From NCBI RefSeq assembly GCF_009914755.1, contig NC_060935.1: a stretch of 64,000 nt of DNA; one strand, 5' to 3'. The DNA is from the human T2T-CHM13v2.0 reference genome, Homo sapiens. A program made the translations under genes and the position numbers. Positions within the stretch are counted from its first letter, which is position 1; every line of letters starts with the position of its first letter. Below, piece after piece: positions 39,104-53,686 of this stretch. Below the pieces are notes generated by a model. The model ran no database searches. It saw nothing but the letters and a program-made list of their open reading frames with translations, and had not been told where the DNA came from.

Positions 39104-40065
39104 GACTTTGCAAACCAAAACTTAGTCTTTTTTAATTGTTCAGCTCAGACCAGAAAATGCCAGCTATATTATAGGCCAATGAGTGTGCTGAGTTTGGGAT
39201 AGAAAGCTACAAGATCACTGATCTTAAAATATGTTAGTCTGCTGGATAAGACAGATAAACAGGTAACTTCAATACAGTGCAGAAGATGCAATGATATGGG
39301 TTTGTAATGGGCATGACAAACATTTACGTTGCTATGAGAGCATGGAAGAAAAGCAGCTAACTCATCAGTGAGCTGAGGGTAAGAAGAAACGTTTTAAGAA
39401 AAAAAGCTATTTAGAAGTTGTATGTGAAACTGTTGCTATTTTATTTAATACGTATACACTGAATGCCTACTCTACATGCCAAGGGCCGTGCTTAGTGCTG
39501 GAAACTGAAGATAAAAATCAAGCTCCTTCCCTCAAACTCATGAGCTATTGGAATAATCAGGTAATTAGAATCTGGTAGGTTCTATGATAGGAGGTAAGCT
39601 TGGGGTGCTAACAGGAACAAAAATGAAAAGCAATTTTCAGACACTCAAGTCTTAGCAGCAGCTCTGCTGCACCCTGTGAAATCTTTCACATATACCTGGC
39701 CAGGTTCCTTTGCCATTCCCCACAGCAACCATTCCAAAACAATACTTTCTTCATGCCACAAAGCAACTGCTACTCTCCTTGCCTCCTACTTCATGGACAA
39801 TATTGAGATCACTTGATATTTTCTCAACTTCTCGCACCCATACCTACCCACATGTCTATCTGTACTCACCCACAGCTGCTTTCCTCTAGTCTCAGAAAAT
39901 ACCATCTAAGTGCTAATCTTTCCATTTAGACTATTGATCTATTACACCCATCTTTGAGGTCTTATACCAAATATTCCCCCTATATTTTCACCTTCTTGCC
40001 CTACTGTGTCTCTCCCTCTCCACAATTTTTTATTTTGAAAATTTGCAAACAGAAAAGTTGAAAGC

Positions 40066-40358
40066 GGCCGGACGCAGTGGCTCATGCCTGTAATCCCAAC
40101 ACTTTGGGAGGCCGAGGTGGGCAAATCACCTAAGGTCAGTAGTTCGAGATCAGCCTGGCCAACACGGTGAAACCCTGTCTCTACTAAAAATACAAAAATT
40201 AGCCAGGCATGGTGATGCATGCCTGTAATCCCAGCTACTCAGGAGGCTGAGACACGAGAATCACTTGAACCTGGGAGGCGGAGGTTGCAGTGAGTCAAGA
40301 TCTTGCCACTGCACTCCAGCCTGGGCAACAGAGTGAGGCTCTGTCTCAAAAAAAAAAA
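40066..40358 (+). mobile_element. AluS
   Basis: Sense Alu; TSD AAAAGTTGAAAG. Confidence 0.92.
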
Positions 40359-41187
40359 GTTGAAAGAATAGCACAATGATACGGAATGATACGGTATCTG
40401 TACATACCATTTAGATTCAATCATTTTAAACATTTTGCCTTTGTGTGTGTGTGTTTGGTTTCTGTGTGTCTAAATAGATACAGTTTTGCTTTGCTAAACC
40501 ATTTAAAGGTAAGCTGCAGACAGGACATTTCACCCCTAAATTCTTCAGTGCAAATTTTCTTAAAGGCTTCTCTCTACATAGCCACAGTATCATTATCACA
40601 CCAAGGAAAGATAACAGTAATCCCCAATATCTAATATTCAGCCCATAATCAAATTTTTCTACTTGTCCCCAAATTATAATTGTTATTTAACCAGAATTTC
40701 ATCAAGGTTCATCCATAGTGTTTGCTTGTCTCTTTTTCTAGAACCTCACCTCTTATTTCACATAATAGTAACTTTATGGAAAAAAAACCTCAAACCACTG
40801 TTCTGTAGAATGTCCCACATTCTCGACTGGTATGTTTGCTTCCTTATACTATCAGTACATTGTTTCTCTACCCCACCCCAGTCCCCACATTTCCTGAAAA
40901 TTAGGCCTAAAGACTAGATGTGATTCAGGTTTTGGCAGGGATATTCCATGGCTCATGTTGTGTACTTTATGTTGTAACACATGAGGAGACACAATATCAA
41001 GTTGTTCCACTATTAGTAATGCTAAGTTAGATTGCTTGGTTAAAATGTTGCCCACCGGATCTCGATGTTAAATATACTTTATTTTTCCTTTTTAAGAGTA
41101 AAGAGTCAGTGGTGGTAAATTAGTTTGCTTTTCCTTCTATCACTACAGACTCAAGAATTTTTATTTTTCCTATGGAAAGAAAAACAA

Positions 41188-41443
41188 GCCACGTCTGGTA
41201 GCTTATGCCTGTAATCCCAGCACTTTGGGAGGCCGAGGCAGGAGGCTTGCTTGAGTCTAGGAATTCAAGACCAGCCTGGGCAACATGGCAAAACCTCATC
41301 TCTACAAAAAATTAGCCAGGTGTGGTGGCACACGCCTGTAGTCCCAGCTACTTGGGAGGCTAAGGTGCACCCAAGAGGTGCAGCTTGCAGTGAACTGAGA
41401 TTGCGCCACTGCATTCCAGCCTGGGCGACCCTGTCTCAAAAAA
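41188..41443 (+). mobile_element. Alu with internal deletions
   Basis: Sense Alu with A-tail. Confidence 0.85.
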
Positions 41444-42845
41444 ACTGGTGCATATTTATTGTCCAATCATTTCATACAAAGATTCTTAATTCTTTCTAGA
41501 CTGTTTCCTAGTCTTTGGGACTAGGAAATAGTCTGTGTTCTTTTTGTCAGATGTTCTATTCCTGGCTAATTTCATACCTCCCTCTGTGATAAAAGAGTAA
41601 CGATGCTGTTAGTATTTACAATGTCATGACTTCAGAAACTGTTTTTGTTGAGCTATATAGATCTTGCCTTAGCAGTTACCTAATGTCATTTGTTTAATGC
41701 TAGTTCCTCTGTGATGCAGCATCCGTTGTGCTACTGTGAATACTGGTTTCCAATGATCTCTCAAAGGTTGTTACTATACTTTGCTGGTGACTACCGAAAA
41801 GCAAGTCCTACCCAGAGTGTGCAGGAAAATAAATAATAATCCATTTTTTGGTCCTATTTACCATTTGTACTAAATATTGCTTCCCAACCATGCAGTCTTT
41901 TGAACATTTTAGGCTGCAATTACTGCACTCCTATACTGTGATCTCTTTCAATGTTGGCTGCACCCTGGAAGGATAGGCAAGAGCCTATCCTTGCTCTGTG
42001 GTTGGAGCAACAAGAGCGGTTCCATTTGTGCAAAGAATATCTATTCCTCCATCAGCATGGCTTAACGCCTAATCTGGAAATCACAGTGTCACTATCAACT
42101 GGAAATGAGAGGACATTGATTGGAAGTGCCCACTGGCATTGTGGACCAACAGTCTTAAAAGGCCTCAGAGAAGATAGGCATGGCCTGCAGAAGGGGGAAG
42201 GGTGACCTTCCTGGTGTCAGTGGCTGGAGGCAGACAGGGTAAATAACAGCTGCCACTACCCTCACAGACCAGGGAGAGCCAATGCACAGGCCTACACACA
42301 GAACTCAATCCCAAGGACCAGTGGTGACCTTTGGTAGCCACAACCCTGAACTTGTGAGAGTCACCTAAATGAATTTGAGAGTCACCTAAAAATATGTCAG
42401 CACCATTCTGGCAGCCCAATCTTGTACTATTTTATGAAAGCACTATTGCCTCAGCCAATGGGAATGACCCAGGTTTGATTTCATAGGCGCAAGTCCCAAG
42501 CTCCTCAGGACATTTGGTACACACCAAACATGATGTAGAGGGTTGGAGAATACCTCAAATGGGATAAATGGCACTGTCACAAGCACAAAAGTGAGACTTA
42601 GAAAATTTCGAGGGAGGCACTTCTGGCAACTAGCTCCCACGTGGGACCAGGTCCAGGCTCAGGGTGGACTTCTACCAGGCGCTAGAGGAGAATTTAGAAG
42701 GAAACTTGAGGAAGGCATTCCAAAGCCTTAGTCTCCCTGAAGCGTAGAGGGCTGTGACAGGATCCCCTCTCACCCAGGCCTCAGAGGTACTTTCTTATCA
42801 TCCCTCCTTATTGTCCTTTTGTGCCTCCTTATTTGCCTGTTTTAA

Positions 42846-43305
<460 letters not shown>

Positions 43306-43665
43306 AATGATGGTGCCTCTTATAGAGTGTCTGAATGGATAGAGAAACAAGGGCTAACTACAGGAAACCCACTTCACCTATAAAGACATATGTAGATTAA
43401 AAGTGAATGGGCGGAAAAAGATATTCCATGCAACTGAAAGCCAAAAAAAGAACAAGAGTAGCTATACTTAGATAAAATAGAAGACAAATCAAGGAACGTT
43501 AAAAGAGACCAAAAAAAATCACTACATAATGATGAATAGGTCAATTCAGCAAGAGGGTATAACCTTTAAAAATATCTATGCACCCAACATCAGAACTTTC
43601 AAGTATGTAAAGCAAACATTAATAGAGCTAAAGGAAAGATAAACAGTAATGCAATAATAGTAAGG

Positions 43666-44004
43666 GGCTGGGCACAGTGGCTTATGCCTACAATCTCAGT
43701 GCTTTGGGAGGCTGAAGTAGAGGATCACCTGAAGCCAGGAGTTCATGACCAACCTGGTCAACCCCATCTCCAAAACCCCATCTCCAAAAAAGAAGACCCC
43801 ATCTCCACAAAAAATTGTAAAAGTTAGCTGGGCATGGTGGTGTGCACCTGTAGCCCCAGCTTCTTGGGAGGCTTAGGTAGGAGGATCACTTGAGCCCAGG
43901 AGTTCATGGTTACAATGAGCCACTACTGGAGTTCACGGTTACTGTGAGCTACCACACCACTGCACTCCAGCCTAGGCAACGGAGTGAGACACTGTCTCTA
44001 AAAA
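43666..44004 (+). mobile_element. AluJ with internal micro-duplications
   Basis: ACCCCATCTCCA three times at ~43761-43807; TSD AATAATAGTA. Confidence 0.85.
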
Positions 44005-44366
44005 TAATAGTAGAGGACTTTAATACCCCATTCTCAGGAATGAACAGATCATCTAGATGGAAAACACCTAATAAGGCCTATCTGACACATACTGAACATT
44101 TCACCCAGGTGCTGCAGAATACACATACTTTTCAACATCACATAACACTCTCAAGAATAGACCATGTCTTAAGCCACCAAACAAGTCTGAACAAATTCAA
44201 AAAAAGGTAAAAACCATATTAAGTATCTTTTCTCACCACAATGGAATAAAACAAGAGATCAATATCAAAAGGAACCTCAGAAACTTTACAAAATTAATTT
44301 CCATGGAAATTAAACATTCTCCTGAACAACCAACAGGTCAATAAAGAAATTAAGAAAGAAATTTTA

Positions 44367-44712
<346 letters not shown>

Positions 44713-44983
44713 CTATGGGACATAGCAAAAGCAGTACTAAGAAGTTTATAGCAATAAACACCTGTATGAAAAAAAGTCAAAAGATTCAAATAAATGACTT
44801 AATGATGTACCTAAAGGAATTAGGAAAGCAAGAACAAACCTAAAATTAGTAGAAGGAAAGAAATAATAAAGATCAGAGCAGAAATAAATGAAATTGAGAC
44901 TTAAAGAAAGCCCAAAAGATCAATGAAAAAAAAAATGGTTTTTTGAAAAGAAACAAAACCAACAAACCTTTAGCTAGACTAAT

Positions 44984-45375
44984 TGTATTAGTCCATTCTC
45001 ACACTGCTATAAAGAAATATGTGAGCCTGGGTAATCTGTAAGAAAAGAGGCTTAATTGGCCCACCGTTCTCAGACTTTACAGGAAGCATGACAGCATCTG
45101 CTTCTGGGGAGGCCTCAGGGAGCTTTTGCTTAAGGCAGAAGGCAAACATGGTGGGAGCAGGAGCAAGAGTAGGGGGCAGGAGTGCTACACACTTTTAAAC
45201 AACCAGATCTCATGATAACTCACCATCACGAGAACAGCACCAAGTGGATGGTGGTAAACCACTCATGAAAGATCCACCCCCATGATCCAGTCACCTCCCA
45301 CCAGTCCCTACCTCCAATACTGGAGATTACAATTCAACATGAGATTTGGTGGGGACACAGATTCATGCCATATCA
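44984..45375 (-). mobile_element. MST (MaLR) solo LTR
   Basis: TGTATTAGTCCATTCTCACACTGCTATAAAG...CCATATCA; 5-bp TSD CTAAT/CTAAC. Confidence 0.85.
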
Positions 45376-46815
45376 CTAACAACAAAAAAGAGAGAGAAAG
45401 AAGAACCAGACGAATAATATTAGAAACAAGACAACAGAGACCACAGAAATACAGAGAATCAGACTATTATGAACAACTACACACCAACAAACTGGAAAAC
45501 CAAGAAGAAATGGGTAAATTCCTGGACATATACAACCTACCAAGACTGAATCATGAAAAATATAGAAAACCTCAACAAACCAATAAAAAGTAGTGAGATC
45601 AAAGCTGTAATAAAAAGTCTACCATCAAAGAAAAGCCCAGAACCAAGAGCTTCATTGCTGAATTCTACCAAGCATTTTAAAAAGAACAACTACAAATTCT
45701 ACTCAAACTCTTCAAAAAATAAAAATTGAAGAAGAGGGAATACTTCCAAATTCATTCTACAAGGCCAGTGTTATGCTGATACCAAACCAGATAAGGACAC
45801 AAAGATAAAACTCCAGGCCAATATCACTGATGAACATAGATGCAAAAATCCTCAACAAAATACTAGCAAACCTGATTTAAGAACACATTTAAAAGATCAT
45901 TCACCATGATCAAGTAGAATTTATCACAGGGATTCAAGGATGGCTCAATATACACAAATCAATAAACATGACACATCACATTAATAGAACCAAGAACAAA
46001 AACTGTGATTATTTCAATAGATGCCAAAAAGCATTTGATAAAATTCATGTCCTTTATATAAAAAAACCTCATCAAACTGAGTATAGAAGGAACATACCTC
46101 AAAATAAAGGCCACATATGACAAACCCACAGCTAACATTGTACTAAAAGGGGAAAAATTAAAGGCCTTTCCTCTAAAGTCTGTAACAAGAAGAGGATGCC
46201 CATTTTCACCATTTCCACTCAACATAGTACTGGAAGTCCTGACCACAACACTAAGGCAAGAGAAAGAAATAAAACCTAAAGACTTAAAAAAAAAAACTAC
46301 TAGAACTCATAAACATTCAGTAAAGTTGCAAGATACAAAATCAACATACAAAAATCAATAGGATTTATATATGCCACGAGCAAACAATCTGAAATAGGAA
46401 TCAAGAAAGCAATCTCTTTTACAATAGCTACAAAGAATAGAAAATACCTAGGAATCAATTTAAACAAAGAAGCTAACAATCCATGCAAGGAAAACTATAA
46501 AACATTGATGAAAAAAATTGAAGAGACCACAAAAAAAGGAAAGCCATTCCATGCTCATGGGTTGGAAGAATTAATGTTGTTAAACTGACAGTACCACCCA
46601 ATGCAATTTACAGATTCAATACAATCCCTATCAAAATACCAATGACATTCTTCAAAGAAATAGAAAAAAAATCCTAAAGTTTATATGGAACCATGGAAGA
46701 CCCCAAATAGCCAAAGCAATCCTGAACAACAACAACAAAAAAACCTTTCAGCTCATCACACTTCCTGACTTCAAAATTTACTGCAGAGCTAGAGTAGCCA
46801 AATCAGCATGGTACT

Positions 46816-49800
46816 CTTATGGGATCCTTGGGGTGTTGCTTCACCAACCAGAAACCTCTGTGGCCAATGGTGCCTTTGCCAGAGTTTTTCTCAGGCCCAC
46901 TGGGCCCATTCAGCTTGGCAGACTGCACTTGGTTCATGCTACCAGCTTGGATCCCATGCCTGTCAAGGGTGAAAGGAGCAGCAGGGGGTGTGTGAGTGAG
47001 CGAGTGAGCTTGAGGTCCAGCCACTGCGCACAGCCAGGCATGCTAACTGCAGCAGGATGGGCAGCTCCAGGAACCAGCACAAGCACCAGCTCTCTGCAAG
47101 GCTGTGGCTGGACCAGTCATCCCACAAGCTACTTCCACAGCTGACATTGGGGAATGTGGTGGGGCCCAGAAGCTTGGAGATGCCAGGAACTGCAGAGCCC
47201 CAAAGAGGATGTCACAGCCCTGGCTTAAGGAGCTACTAGGTCTGGGATCCCCAAAGGGCTGCAGCTTTTCTTTCTTTTTTCTCCCTGCAATATGGTGAGC
47301 AAGGGGCATGTATCAGCCCTGTTTGTGTTAGAGCTCTTTCATCCCCGCCATTTGGTGGGTCCTGAGTTCTTGTCCTGCGCCCTGGAAGAATAAGGTACAC
47401 AGACAAGTGGAGGGTGGGCAAGGCGAATAGGAGCTTTACTGAGTGATAGAACAGCCCAGAGGAGACTCACAGTAGATAACTTCTCTCCACAGCCATGGTG
47501 TCCTGATGAGTGTTCAGCTCTCAGCAGAGAGGAGACCCTGTAATGGGTAGTTCCTCTCTGCAGTTGGTTGCCCCAACATCTGCTCAGCTCTCAGCAGAGA
47601 GGAGATCCTGGAGTGGCAGCTATATTAGTCTGTTCTCACACTGCTGATAAAGACATACCCAAGACTGGGTAATTTATACAGAAAAAGAGATTTAATGGAA
47701 TCACAGTTCCACATGGCTGGGGAGGCCTCACAATCATGGTGGAAGGCTAAAGGCATGTCTTACTTGGCAGCAGCAAGAGAGAATGAGAGCCAAGTGAAAG
47801 GGATTTTCCCTTATAAAACCATGAGAGAATAGTATGGAGGAAACTGCCCCCATTATTTAATTATCTCTCACCAAGTCCCTCCTGCAATATGTGGGAATTC
47901 TGGGAGATACAATTCAAGATGAGATTTGGGTGGGGACACACCCAAACCATATCATTCCACACCTGGCCCCTCCCAAATCTCATGTTATCACATTTCAAAA
48001 CCAATCATACCTTCCCAACAGTCCCCCAGTCTTAACTCATTTCAGCGTTAATCTAAAAGTCCATAGTCCAAAGTCTCATCTGAGACAAGGCAAGTCCCTT
48101 CCACCTATGAGCCTATAAAATCCCAAAGCATGTTACTTCCTAGATGCAATGAGAGTACAGGCATTGGGTAAATACAGCCATTCCAAATGGGAGAAATTGG
48201 CAAAGACAAAGGGCTACAGGCCCCATGCAAGTCCAAAATTCAGTGGGGCAGTCAAATCTTAAAGCTCTAAAATGATCTCCTTTGACTCCATGTTTCATAT
48301 TCAGGTCATGCTGATACAAGAGGTGGGTTCCATGGTCTTGAGCAGCTCCACCCCTGTGGCTTTGCAGGGTACAGCAGCCCTCCTGGCTGCTTTCACAGGC
48401 TTGTGTTTAGTGTCTGTGGCTTTTCCAGGCACACAGTGCAAGCTGTTGGTGGATCTACCATTCTGGGGTCTGGAGGATGGTAGCCCTCTTCTCACAGTTC
48501 CACTAGGCAGTGCCCCAGTGAAGACTCTGTGTGGGGGCTTCAACCCCACATTTCCCTTCTGCACTGCCCTAGCAGAGGTTCCCCATTAGGGCTCCACCCT
48601 GCAGCACACCCCTGGCCTGGACATACAAGCATTTCCATACATCCTCTGAAATCTAAGTGGAAGTTCTCAAACCATTATTATGACTTCTGTGCACCCACAG
48701 GTTCAACACCACATGGAAGCTGCCAAGGTTTGGGGTTTGCACTGTCTGAAGCCATGGCCCAAGCTGTACCTTCATCCCTTTTAGTCATGGCCAGAGTAGC
48801 TGGAACACACAGCACTAAGTTCCTAGGCTGCACACAGCAGGGATACCCTGGGTCCTGTCCACAAAACCATTTTTTTTCCTCCTAGGCCTCCAAGACTGTG
48901 ATGGGAGGGGCTGCCGTGAAGACCTCTGACATGCCTTAGAGACATTTTTCCCATTGTCTTGGGGATTAACATTTGGCTCCTTGTTACTTATGCAAATTTC
49001 TGGAGGCAGCTTGACTTTATCCTCGGAAAATGGGTTTTTCTTTTCTGTTGCATGGTCAGGCTGCAAATTTTCTGAACTTTTATGCTTTGTTTCTCTTTTA
49101 AAACTGAATGCTTTTAACAGCACCCAAATCACCTCTTGAGTGCTTTGCTGCTTAGAAATTTATTCTTCCAGATACCCTAAATCATCTCTCTCAAGTTCAA
49201 AGTTCCAGAAATCTCTAGGGCAGGGGCAAATGCTGCCAGTCTCTTTGCTAAAACACAACAAGAGTCACCTCTACTCCAATTGCCAACAAGTTCCTCATCT
49301 CCATCTGAGACCACCTCAGCCTGGATTTCATTGTCTATATCATTATCAGCATTTTGGGCAAAGCCATTCAACAAGTCTCTAGGAGGTTCCAAACTTTCCC
49401 ACATTTTCCTGTCTTCTTCTGAGCCTTCCAAACTGTTCCAACCTCTGCCTGTTACCCAGTTCCAAAGTCGCTTCCACATTTTGGGGTATCTTTACAGCAG
49501 CGCCCCACTCCCAGTACCAACTTACTGTATTCATCTGTTCTCACATTACTGATAAAGACATACCCAAGACTGGGTAATTTATAAAGAAAAATAGGTTTAA
49601 TGGACTCATAGTTCCATGTGGCTGGGGAGGCCTCACAATCATGGTGGAAGCTGAAAGACACCTCTTACAAGGTGGTAGCAAGACAGAATGAGAGCCAAGT
49701 GAAAGGGGTTTCCCCTTATAAAACCATCAGATCTCATCAGACTTATTCACTACCATGAAAACAGTATGGGGGAAACCACCCCCATGAATTAATTATCTCC

Positions 49801-50770
49801 CACTGGGTCCCTGCCCCAATATATGGGAATTATGAGAGCTACAATTCAAGATGAGATTTGGGTGGGGGCACAGCCAAACCGTATCAGTAGCTCCTTTCTA
49901 CTGCTGGTTGTCCTGACGTCTCTTCAGCTCTCAGCAGAGAGGAGACCCTGGGGTGAGGAGCTCCTCTCTACGACTAGTCATCCTGTCGTCTCCCTGAGCC
50001 TGGCTGAGTACGGGGTTTTTATGGACTTCAGAGAGGAGAAAATGCATGCTGAATGGTCCATAGGCAGCCATGGGAGGACCTGGAAAAAGCACTATAAGTT
50101 CCCACTTTGGTATGTGGGACTGGCAGCCCAACCCCCAGGCTTCAGGCCTTCCCCAGCTTGAAAGTGAGGCTTCACTGGGGACCTGCCCCTTTCTGCCCCA
50201 GATCCTGTCTGCCTTCTGCCACTGTTCATGGCACCCAGGCTGTTCATGCCAGATGGGACCCTGCAAGTCAGTACTGAGCTGCCCTCCCCTCCCCCTCAGC
50301 CTCCCTCCCATGCTCTGGCCCAAAGTCCAGAGGTGGCCAAGGTGGCAGGGAGCTAGCATGTCAGCACAGCCCCAAGCATGCACATACCCAGGTGGGTTAT
50401 GACAGCCCCTGGGCTCAGTCTTGTCTTTGTTCCAAGATTTGAGCAGGCACCAGGAGCAGGGAGAGGCCAGGCAGCAGGAGCAGGCATTTCTGAGTTTGCA
50501 GGAGCAGGGGGACTTTCCTGGGCCCCAAGAGCACAGGGATGTCCAGGTCCACAGCTGCAGTTTGGGTGGCTGCAGCTGCACCTGGGAGGGCAGGGTTCCT
50601 GCCTGCTCCCAGCCCCCAAAAGCACAGGGATGCCTGGGTACATAACTACGGCTGGGCAACTGCAGCTGCACCCTGGGAGCACGAAGCTCCTGCCCTGTCA
50701 ACTCACAAGGGAGTGAGGCTTCTGCCTGTTCCCAGCTCCTGCAGCTCCATGGAGCATGCAGTCCCAGCCG
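46816..50770 (-). mobile_element. MER52-like ERV1 LTR split by THE1
   Basis: GGATCCTTGGGGTGTTGCTTCACCAACCAGAAACCTCTGTGGCC start; GC-rich; CAGCTCTCAGCAGAGAGGAGA repeats on both sides of THE1. Confidence 0.75.
47621..49886 (-). mobile_element. Complete THE1 element (LTR-internal-LTR)
   Basis: LTRs at 47621-47954 and 49526-49886, ~1.57-kb internal region, TSD GCAGC/GTAGC. Confidence 0.9.
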
Positions 50771-53537
50771 TAGACTGATAGAACAGAATAGAGAACCCAG
50801 ATATAAATCTATGCATTTACAGTAGCTCATTTTCCACAAAGACACCAAGAACATACAATTGGAAAAGGGCAGTCTCATCAATATATGGTGCTGGGAAAAC
50901 TGGATAACAGATGCAGAACAATGAAACTAGACACCTAATTTCTCACCATACCACCAAAAAAAATGGATTAAAGACGTAAACTTAAGACCACAAACTATGA
51001 AAATAGTAGAAGAAAACATTGGAGAAATGCTCCAGAAGATTGGTCTTGGCAAAGATTTTTGGGGTAAGACCTCAAAATCACCGGCAACCAAAGCAAAAAT
51101 AGATAAATGGGATTACATCAAGCTGAAAAGCTTCCATAGAGAAAAACAAAAACAAAAAACAATTAACAAAGTGAAGAGACAATCCACAGAATAGGAAAAA
51201 ATTTTTGCAAACTACCCATCTGGACAAGGGATTAATAATCAGATTATATAAGGAGCTCAAACATCTCAGCAAAAAAATAAAAGGCAAAAGATCTGAGTAG
51301 ACTGCTCAAAAGAAGACCTATAAATGGCTAACAGGTATATGAAAACATGCTCAACATCACTAATCTTAGAGAAATGCAAATTAAAACTATAAGGAGATAG
51401 CTCACCCCAGTTAAAATGGCTTTTATCTAAAAGACAGGCAATAACAGACGCCAGCAAGGATCTGGAGAAAGGGGAACCCTCATACACTGTTGGTGGGAGG
51501 TACCTCAAAAAACTGAAAATACAACTACCATATGATCCAGCAATTCCACTACTTGGTATATAGCCAAAAAAAAAAAAAAAAAAAAAAGAAATCAATGTGT
51601 CCAAAAGACATCTGCACTCCCATGTTTATTGCAGCACTATTCACAATAGCCAAAATATGGAATCAACCTAAGGGCCCAGCAATGGATGAATGGATAAAGA
51701 AAATGTGGTACATATACATAATGGACTACTATTCAGCTATAAAAAAAAGAATGAAATGATGTCATTTGCAGCAACATGGATGGAATTGAAGGCCATTATG
51801 TTCAGTAAAATAACCCAAGCACAGAAAGGCAAATATCTCATCCATATGTAATAGCTTAAAAAGTGGATCTCATGAAAATGGAGAATAGATTGGTGGTTAC
51901 CAGAGGCTGAGAGGGGAAAGGGGGAAGGAGGATGAACAGAAGTTGGTTAATGGGTGCAAATATACAGCTTGATAGAAGAAATAAGACCTAGTGTTAGACA
52001 GATCAGCAGAGTGACTATAGTTTATAGTAATCCATTGTATATTTCAAAACAGCTAGAAGAGAATTGAAATTGTTCTAGCATAAAGAAAAGACAAATATTT
52101 AAGGTGACGGATATCCCAATTATATTGATTTGATCTTTACAAAATATGTGAATGTATTAAATTGCCACATGTTGCCCAAAAAAAGTACATCTATTATGCA
52201 TCAATTTTAAAGAAAGAAGTAAAAGATTTTAATGTTCTAGAATTGGCCTTTTTCTACATGTACTCGCTGGTTGAATTCATCTGCTTATCTACAGTTACCA
52301 CTTATAGGCTGTTTAATCCAAAGTCTATCTTCTGTCTAAATTTCTTCCTGAGACCAAACTTGTATGTTAATGTTTATTTTCATTCAGTTCAAAATGTTTT
52401 ATAATTTTCAGGTGGTTTCTTTGATGCATGAATTATTTTAAAATGTGTTTCTTAATTTCTAAACAGAAAGGGTTTTTTTCTAGTTATGTCTTTGGGAATG
52501 CTTTGTACCTAAATTACATTATGGTCAGAGTATTTTTTGTGCATATGTTAGATATATTAATTATACTGTTTGAATCATCTATATCTGTACTGATTTTTCC
52601 CCTTATTCTATCAATTACTGAAAGAGAGATGTTAAAATCTCCATCTCTAGGCAACAATTGTTCTGCAAACACACACACACACATCAAATAAACTCTCCCT
52701 CTATGACTGTCAATGTGTTTATTTCTCCTTTTAGTTCTGTCCATTTTAATTTATTTTGAGGTTATGTTATTAGGCACAAATTCAATCTTACGTCTTCCTG
52801 ATTTCATCATAAAAGTTCCTTTACATCACTACTAATGCTTTTTGTCCTAAAATCTAATTATTATGACTATACTACATTAGCTTTATTTTAGTTAGTGTTT
52901 GTGAGAGGTCCCACTATTCTTTTTTCAATCTTTCTATATCTTTGTCTTCGATGTTTATTTTGTAAACCTGTAGTTGGGCTTTGTTTTATTGTCCAGTATG
53001 ACAATCTTTGTCCTCTAACTGGAACATTTAGTCCATTAATAATGTAATAATTAAAATATATTTATGTTTATTATCTTATTTCATATTTTCTATTTGTCCT
53101 GCCTATTCAATGTTTCTTCTCCTTCTTTTCTTTTTCTGTTACTTTTATTATTTGTTGTTGGTTTTTCTCCTAGGTTTGAAAGTCAAATGCTATTTCTTTT
53201 GTTTTTACCTTAGGAATTACAACATGCAAACTTAGCTTATCAAAGTATAAAGCTAATCAATACTTACAGTCTTTTCCCAAAGACCTTAAATTATTTTATT
53301 CCATTTACTCTTCTCTTGAATTATGTTTGTCATGTAATTCTACATTTTTTAACTCCAAAGAATACCAATTTCTACCATTTTTCTTTTTCTTTCTTTCAGA
53401 TTTACTCACATATTTACTATTTTCTTTACTCTTTGATGTATCTTTCATCTCAGACTTTATATCATTTTCCTTTGGCCTGAAATATATCTTTTAGAATTTC
53501 TTTTGTTGAAGTTCTCTTAGTGACAAACTCAATTTTT

Positions 53538-53686
53538 TATAGTGATTACTGAGTTATATTAGCTTATTTAAGATAGTATCTTTTTTTTGCTATATATATA
53601 TATATTTTTTTTTTTTACTTTAAGTTCTAGGGTACATGTGCACAACGTGCAGGTTTGTTACATATGTATACATGTGCCATGTTGTG
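53538..53686 (-). mobile_element. Severely 5'-truncated L1PA 3' end with extra downstream sequence
   Basis: ~70 nt of young L1PA terminus; TSD CAAACTCAATTTTT at 53524-53537 and 53687-53700. Confidence 0.8.

Noticed and set aside
47621-49886. Intact DUX4 sites in the THE1 LTRs
   Set aside because: The expected TGATTCAATTA is degenerate in both (TTATTTAATTA, TGAATTAATTA).
49931-50881. 316-aa ORF
   Set aside because: Spans L1 and GC-rich MER52 LTR sequence; no domain resemblance.
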